A stretch of 12,729 nucleotides of DNA from Pseudomonadota bacterium (GTDB lineage: Bacteria; Bdellovibrionota; Bdellovibrionia; Bdellovibrionales; SG-bin7): NCBI GenBank assembly GCA_034439715.1, contig JAWXAY010000111.1, positions 1-12,729 of the forward strand. Direction: 5' to 3'. Made by a program: the position numbers and the translations under genes. A model generated the notes under the pieces. That model was not told where the DNA came from and searched no databases. It saw only the letters and a list, made by a program, of their open reading frames with translations. Positions 8,201-12,729 of this stretch are shown in pieces. Within the stretch, counting starts at the first letter, position 1. Each line of letters begins with the position of its first letter.

Positions 8201-8305
8201 GACTTCATCAAGTCAGGGGGTAGTAGGCTAAGCGACTGAATTTACTGGACCTAGCCTAGAATCTTCTGGCAGGGGTCACGAGAAATAGTGCTAAGCATTT
8301 TATTA

Positions 8306-8334
8306 TTGATAATAAATACCAATTTAGGTATATT
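8306..8334 (+). promoter_or_regulatory. sigma70-type promoter of the toxin-antitoxin operon with overlapping palindromes
   Basis: TTGATA (8306-8311), a 17-bp spacer, then TATATT (8329-8334). The palindromes TTTATTAT-TG-ATAATAAA (8299-8316) and ATACC-N6-GGTAT (8316-8331) overlap it. Confidence 0.7.
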
Positions 8335-8342
8335 AAATCGAG

Positions 8343-8660
8343 ATGAAGCAACTTGTTTTTTACTCCACTAGTTCAGGCAAAGAGCCTTGTCGGGATTGGC
8401 TCAATGACCTTCAGTTGACAGAGCAAGCTGCTATCTACGCTTATATTGATAGAATAGCTATGGGTGCTGCCAAGAAAAACATAAAGCCCGTTGGTGGCGG
8501 AGTATTTGAGATTAAAATTGATCGTGGTCCTGGCTATAGAGTTTATTTCGGCCAAATTGGCCAAAAGATTATTTTACTTTTACTTGGTGGAGATAAGGGC
8601 TCACAAAACAGAGATATTCGTTTAGCAAAAGACTTTTGGAGGGATTATGAAACGCGGTAA
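8343..8660 (+). CDS. Type II toxin, RelE/ParE superfamily (HigB / 'addiction module killer' HI1419-like)
   Basis: 105 aa with family motifs 'YSTSSGKEPCRDWLNDL', 'KPVGGGVFEIKIDRGPGYRVYF' and 'ILLLLGGDKGSQNRDIRLAK'. Confidence 0.93.
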   Translation: MKQLVFYSTSSGKEPCRDWLNDLQLTEQAAIYAYIDRIAMGAAKKNIKPVGGGVFEIKIDRGPGYRVYFGQIGQKIILLLLGGDKGSQNRDIRLAKDFWRDYETR

Positions 8661-8943
8661 ATCGTATGATGAAGAACTTAGTCACAAATTTAAAAGTATA
8701 AAGTTTGCCCAAGCTTATATTCTTGCACTCATGGAAGGCGACGAAGGCTTAAGCGTTGAAGCCGCGCTCAAGCACACCATTGAGCGAATGGGCATTAAAG
8801 AATTTGTTCAGCTAGCAAAAGTACCGCAACCAAATGTTTCTGAATTTTTAAAGGGCAAACGAAAATTAAAACCCGAAACATTGAATGAGTATCTCAAACC
8901 ATTTAAGTTAAAAGCAAAACTGATGCTAGAAAAGGCCTCGTGA
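8647..8943 (+). CDS. Cognate HTH antitoxin (HigA / HI1420-like, Xre HTH)
   Basis: 98 aa, overlapping the toxin by 14 nt, with a GGAGG SD just upstream. It has 'FAQAYILALME' and the HTH 'GIKEFVQLAKVPQPNVSEFLKGKRKLKPETL'. The toxin-first order is typical of higBA-like modules. Confidence 0.85.
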   Translation: MKRGKSYDEELSHKFKSIKFAQAYILALMEGDEGLSVEAALKHTIERMGIKEFVQLAKVPQPNVSEFLKGKRKLKPETLNEYLKPFKLKAKLMLEKAS

Positions 8944-8949
8944 GGGGTT

Positions 8950-8968
8950 CACCCGGTCGGGTGTTCTT
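8950..8968 (+). terminator. Weak GC hairpin after the antitoxin stop, possible terminator
   Basis: CACCC-GGTC-GGGTG followed by TTCTT, starting 7 nt after the TGA. The stem is short and the U-tract is poor. Confidence 0.3.
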
Positions 8969-8978
8969 ACCGATTTGA
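8969..8978 (+). repeat. 10-bp direct repeat ACCGATTTGA, left junction copy
   Basis: Identical to 10264-10273. Confidence 0.9.
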
Positions 8979-10266
8979 GCGTACCGACTAAAGGGTAACA
9001 CCTTATACCGGACACATAGGTTACACTTTCTGGCATAGGAGGAAAGTCTTATGCCTTGGAAGGTGTGTAGCATCATGGACGAGAAGCTTAAATTTATTGC
9101 AAAAATAATAGATGGCGAGAAAATGGCTTCGCTATGTAGAGAGTTCGGGATTTCGCGGAAGACAGGTTACAAGATTTGGGAAAATTACAAGGAATGCGGT
9201 TTGGTGGCTTTTACTGACCGTAGTCGTAGACCCTACAAACAAGCCAATCAACTGCCATTTCAAATCGAAAAATTAATTGTTCAATTAAAAAAAGAGAAAC
9301 CAAGTTGGGGTGCACCCAAAATTAGAGAAAAAATTAGAAGAAAGTATCCAAATTTAAAGCTCCCTGCAAAAAGTACAGTCCATGCTGTTCTGGATCGAAA
9401 TGGGTTAGTGAATGTGAGAAGGAGAAGAAGATATAAGGCGGAAGGAACAAATTTATCTCACACGAACATTCCAAACGATTTATGGTGTGCCGATTACAAA
9501 GGAGAATTTCTAATGGGTAATCAAACTTACTGTTACCCACTTACGATTACTGATTTTAGCTCGAGATATTTATTATCTTGCGAGGCTTTAGAAACTACGA
9601 AAGAAAAATTTGCATTTACAGTTTTTGAGAGAGCATTTAAGGAGTTTGGATTGCCAAAAGCCATTCGCACTGACAATGGCAATCCATTTTCAAGTGTACA
9701 CGCAATGTTTGGCCTAAGTCGTTTATCAGTGTGTTGGTTACGACTCGGAATTGAGCTTGAACGAATAAAACCAGGTCACCCTGAGCAAAACGGTAGACAT
9801 GAAAGAATGCACCTTACTTTAAAAAACGAAGCCACCAGACCAGCAGGACAAAACCTTTTTCAACAACAAGAAAAATTTGATAATTTTATTCAAGAATATA
9901 ACTTTGAAAGACCACATCAAGCTCTTGAAATGAAATATCCTGGCGAAATCTACAAGCCTTCTCCACGACTTTATGAAGGCCTGCCAGATGTTGAATATCC
10001 TATGCACGACAAAACTCTGACTGTAACTGATTGCGGAAGAATTTGCTTAGATGGACGAAAGATTAATTTTAGTAGAGTTTTTGCAGGACAGAATGTCGGA
10101 ATCAAACAAGTTGATGATAGAATCTGGTTAGTGAGTTTTATGAATTATGACTTGGGATACTTTGATGAAGAAGCAGCGAGGGTGGAGCCTGGAGAAAACC
10201 CTTTCGGCGCGAAAGTGTTACCTATGTCATCGGTATAATGTGTAACCTATGTGTCCGGTACGGACC
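8976..10266 (+). mobile_element. IS481-family insertion sequence (about 1.29 kb), apparently intact
   Basis: A single transposase ORF is bounded by roughly 55-bp imperfect inverted repeats (8976-9030 and 10211-10266), each with two copies of a ~21-bp motif. 9006-9026 is the exact reverse complement of 10240-10260, and 9003-9030 matches 10211-10238 at 24/28. The direct repeat ACCGATTTGA spans both junctions. Ends are uncertain by 3 bp (alternative 8979-10263). Confidence 0.9.
9051..10238 (+). CDS. IS481-family DDE transposase (HTH + rve integrase core)
   Basis: 395 aa with an AGGAGG SD at 9037-9042. It starts 'MPWK' and has the HTH 'MASLCREFGISRKTGYK', 'WGAPKI', and a DDE triad in 'WCADYKG', 'IRTDNG' and 'QNGRHERMH', plus 'YNFERPHQAL'. 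The stop codon lies inside the right inverted repeat. Confidence 0.95.
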   Translation: MPWKVCSIMDEKLKFIAKIIDGEKMASLCREFGISRKTGYKIWENYKECGLVAFTDRSRRPYKQANQLPFQIEKLIVQLKKEKPSWGAPKIREKIRRKYPNLKLPAKSTVHAVLDRNGLVNVRRRRRYKAEGTNLSHTNIPNDLWCADYKGEFLMGNQTYCYPLTITDFSSRYLLSCEALETTKEKFAFTVFERAFKEFGLPKAIRTDNGNPFSSVHAMFGLSRLSVCWLRLGIELERIKPGHPEQNGRHERMHLTLKNEATRPAGQNLFQQQEKFDNFIQEYNFERPHQALEMKYPGEIYKPSPRLYEGLPDVEYPMHDKTLTVTDCGRICLDGRKINFSRVFAGQNVGIKQVDDRIWLVSFMNYDLGYFDEEAARVEPGENPFGAKVLPMSSV

Positions 10267-10273
10267 GATTTGA
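10264..10273 (+). repeat. 10-bp direct repeat ACCGATTTGA, right junction copy
   Basis: Identical to 8969-8978. Ends 3 nt from the tRNA CCA. Confidence 0.9.
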
Positions 10274-10276
10274 AGT

Positions 10277-10353
10277 TGGTCGGGGCGACAGGATTCGAAC
10301 CTGCGACCTCTTGCTCCCGAAGCAAGCGCGCTACCAGGCTGCGCTACGCCCCG
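10277..10353 (-). tRNA. tRNA-Pro (anticodon CGG)
   Basis: 77 nt: CGGGGCGTAGCGCAGCCTGGTAGCGCGCTTGCTTCGGGAGCAAGAGGTCGCAGGTTCGAATCCTGTCGCCCCGACCA. Acceptor stem CGGGGCG/CGCCCCG, anticodon arm CTTGC-TTCGGGA-GCAAG, T-loop GTTCGAATC, encoded CCA. Confidence 0.98.
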
Positions 10354-10356
10354 ACT

Positions 10357-11568
10357 CTATAAGACATGTGTTTTAATACTTGTAGGTAACTTAGCAATAG
10401 CTTCTGCGACACTCTCAACCTGTCCACGCGCAAAATCCATTACTAAATAACCAATTTGTGGGTCCGTTGCCAAGTGCTGACTCTCAATATTCGCTCCCGC
10501 CTTCGAAACAATACTATTTACTTCTCCCAAAACGCCCGGCACGTTTTTGTGGACGTTAATAATTCGCTGACAGTTTGGTTTTTTTGCCTGCACGTCTACA
10601 TTTGGAAAATTAACCGCACCGTAAGTAGAACCTAATTTAAGAAACCTTACCATACTCTCAGCAACCTCACGTCCAATGGCCTCTTGGGCCTCTTCGGTAC
10701 TGCCACCAATATGAGGAGTGAGAATTACATTGGGAAGAGTTTGAAGTTCAGTTTTAAATTTTTCGTCATTACTTTCTGGTTCATGCGGGTAAACATCAAC
10801 GGCTGCGCCATGCAGGTGATTTGATTTTAAAACACTGACCAGATCTTCGATCGCCACCACACTACCGCGACTGGCATTGATGAGATAGCTGCCAGCTTTC
10901 ATTTTGAGAAATTGTTTTTTGGTCATCATGTTTTTGGTGTTTTCAGTTTCTGGTACATGCAGAGTTACAAAATCAGAAATCTTTAAAAGTTCATCCAGAG
11001 AACCTAGCGAAGTGGAGTTTCCCAGAGGTAATTTTTTAATAGTATCGTAGTAAACAACATTAAGACCCATTGATTCCGCCAGCACACTCACCTGGCTGCC
11101 AATATGGCCATAACCCACAATACCCAAAGTCTTGCCGCGAATCGTATAACAATTTTTTGCAGATTTATCCCACATTCCTTCATGTGCCTTTTGACTGACG
11201 TCGAAAAGTCTACGTGCGAGTGCAATGATTTCACCAATCACAAGTTCAGCCACGCTGCGAGTACTGCTGTAGGGCGCATTAAAAACTGGGAGCCCCATTT
11301 TATTTGCCTGAATAAGATTGATTTGATTGGTCCCAATACAAAATGCGCCAATGACGGAAACATTTTTTATTTTTTCTAGTACATCTTCGCTCAAATGGGT
11401 TTTTGAACGAATCCCAAGCGCAAGATATTCGGTGGTCGACATAGCCTTGATAATTTCATTTTCTGTGAGCGCTTTACTGAGAGTTTCGACGGCAAAGCCA
11501 CCTGATTTTAGTAGATCAGCTGCGGCTGGGTGGATATTCTCTAAGAGAAGAATCTTATTAGATCTCAC
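10357..11568 (-). CDS. serA: D-3-phosphoglycerate dehydrogenase (E. coli-type, C-terminal ACT domain)
   Basis: 403 aa with a GTG start. Motifs 'KILLLENIH', 'GIRSKT', 'GAFCIGTNQ', '[15 protein letters not shown]', Rossmann 'GIVGYGHIG', 'INASRG', '[10 protein letters not shown]', '[13 protein letters not shown]' and ACT 'HKNVPGVL'. Confidence 0.97.
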   Translation of the reverse strand: MRSNKILLLENIHPAAADLLKSGGFAVETLSKALTENEIIKAMSTTEYLALGIRSKTHLSEDVLEKIKNVSVIGAFCIGTNQINLIQANKMGLPVFNAPYSSTRSVAELVIGEIIALARRLFDVSQKAHEGMWDKSAKNCYTIRGKTLGIVGYGHIGSQVSVLAESMGLNVVYYDTIKKLPLGNSTSLGSLDELLKISDFVTLHVPETENTKNMMTKKQFLKMKAGSYLINASRGSVVAIEDLVSVLKSNHLHGAAVDVYPHEPESNDEKFKTELQTLPNVILTPHIGGSTEEAQEAIGREVAESMVRFLKLGSTYGAVNFPNVDVQAKKPNCQRIINVHKNVPGVLGEVNSIVSKAGANIESQHLATDPQIGYLVMDFARGQVESVAEAIAKLPTSIKTHVL

Positions 11569-11677
11569 GGTTTAGATCATTCCCGAATGTCCTTAAATTG
11601 TCACCCCATTTGAAATCATTACCGAGGACGGCCTGCTTAAATAATGATATATTTATGGGTTTAATGCGGAGAATCTA

Positions 11678-12721
11678 TTGGCCACGTTTAAAGTTCTCTT
11701 AGTTGATGATGATCCTTTGATTCACGAAGCTGTGGATCTTGTACTCCCAAAAACTTGGCGGGTAACTCATGCTTACTCAGCGGGCGAGCTCGCAGGTTTT
11801 GATTTTCATGCGGCCCTTGTTGATATGCATTTAGAAGGTAATCAATCCGAAGCCCAAGGGCTAAAGGTTATCGAAAACCTACATCAAAAAAATCCCCATA
11901 TCGAAATCATCGCCATTTCTGGAAATCTCAATCAAGAACTTCTTGAAAATTGCTTGTTGGCAGGCGCCTATCGCTTTCTGCCTAAACCTTTGAGCCCCGA
12001 GGAACTGGCTTTAACTCTCGATAAAGTTGAAGCGCTCTGGCTTTTAAAAGAGGCCGCCTTTAGTCGTCCACATTCTCAAAAAATTGGTTGGATAGGTGAT
12101 GGCAAAACGTCACAAGATATTCGACGGCAAATTGCTTCTCTTAAAGGTGAAGATGGCCCAGTATTAATTGAAGGTGATTCTGGAACTGGTAAAGAAGTTG
12201 TGGCTCAACTTTTACACGATCAAGAACCGACGCGCCCCTGGATTCAAATAAATGCGGCCGCCATTCCCACTCACCTTTTCGAATCAGAATTTTTTGGGCA
12301 CACACGAGGCTCGTTTACGGGAGCGAATCAAAATAAAATGGGACTTGCTGAGGCGGCTCATGGTGGCGATTTATTTATTGATGAAATTGAAGCTCTCCCT
12401 ATTGACCAGCAAGCCAAACTTTTGCGATTTTTAGAGACTGGAGAAGTGCGCCGCATTGGCGCACAAAATTCGATTCGGGTAAAAGTAAGAGTCATCGCCG
12501 CGACCAACCGTAGTTTGCAGCAAATGGCTAAGGTCGGCGAGTTCCGAGAAGATTTATTGTGGCGAATTTGCGGTAAAAAAATAAATCTGCCAAAACTTTC
12601 TGAACATCCTGAAGATATCGCACAACTGGCTAATTTCTCCAAAATCGCAAATCTGTGCTTCTATCACAGGGTTGCGGTAAAGGCTAAATCGTTGTCCAAT
12701 AAGTATTGGGGAAGTGTCTGA
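11678..12721 (+). CDS. sigma54-dependent response regulator (NtrC family, REC + AAA+), C-terminally truncated
   Basis: TTG start with a GGAGA SD. REC motifs 'LLVDDD', 'LVDM' and 'LPKP'. Walker A GDSGTGKE, 'ESEFFGHTRGSFTGA', Walker B 'LFIDEI', 'QAKLLRFLE', 'RVIAATNR' and 'FREDL'. Family similarity stops at about 12637, and there is no WPGNxREL motif or Fis HTH. Confidence 0.9.
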   Translation: MATFKVLLVDDDPLIHEAVDLVLPKTWRVTHAYSAGELAGFDFHAALVDMHLEGNQSEAQGLKVIENLHQKNPHIEIIAISGNLNQELLENCLLAGAYRFLPKPLSPEELALTLDKVEALWLLKEAAFSRPHSQKIGWIGDGKTSQDIRRQIASLKGEDGPVLIEGDSGTGKEVVAQLLHDQEPTRPWIQINAAAIPTHLFESEFFGHTRGSFTGANQNKMGLAEAAHGGDLFIDEIEALPIDQQAKLLRFLETGEVRRIGAQNSIRVKVRVIAATNRSLQQMAKVGEFREDLLWRICGKKINLPKLSEHPEDIAQLANFSKIANLCFYHRVAVKAKSLSNKYWGSV

Positions 12722-12729
12722 CCAAAGGG

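Noticed and set aside
8955..8963. GGTCGGGTG resembling the tRNA-Pro 3' end (GGTCGGGGCG) as an att duplication
   Set aside because: Only 7 bp are identical, it forms part of a local hairpin, and no integrase is present.
8981..9030. Tandem ~21-bp repeats as a mini CRISPR array
   Set aside because: There are only two copies with about 4-nt spacing, and they are mirrored at the other IS end. They are best explained as transposase-binding boxes.
11638..11655. TAAATA-N6-TATTTA palindrome between serA and the activator gene
   Set aside because: The 6-bp A/T-only arms are expected by chance in AT-rich intergenic DNA.
12308..12325. GSFTGA instead of GAFTGA in the activator
   Set aside because: This is a common natural variant in NtrC/NtrX-type proteins and is not novel by itself.
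387..12642. Short ORFs overlapping real genes (387-683, 505-747, 3736-3939, 4335-4616, 4780-5325 set, 5951-6148, 8373-8564, 9334-9540, 9819-10007, 11104-11575, 12252-12642)
   Set aside because: These are shadow or antisense frames of well-supported CDSs, with no motifs or SD.

Overview
This is a moderately AT-rich bacterial window, probably from a Bdellovibrionota-like organism. That is an inference from the TIGR02147-type gene, an FQNC lipoprotein motif and several small Cys-containing secreted proteins. Left to right it holds: a TIGR02147/DUF4423-like HTH protein; a convergent, translationally coupled DUF1592 (heme CxxCH lipoprotein)/DUF1552 (Tat) operon; a signal-peptide-bearing GNAT-fold protein behind a sigma54-type promoter; two small secreted proteins divergent from a TetR regulator, with a perfect 41-bp double operator between them; about 0.9 kb of decayed or non-coding DNA with hairpins; a toxin-first RelE/HigB-HTH toxin-antitoxin pair; an intact IS481-family element 10 nt downstream of tRNA-Pro(CGG); serA; and a C-terminally truncated NtrC-family sigma54 activator at the window end. 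The most notable signal is the IS481 element. It has non-canonical ends and an identical 10-bp ACCGATTTGA sequence across both junctions next to a tRNA 3' end, which suggests site-targeted insertion. The apparently secreted GNAT/acyltransferase and the DUF1592/DUF1552 heme-lipoprotein/Tat pair also stand out.
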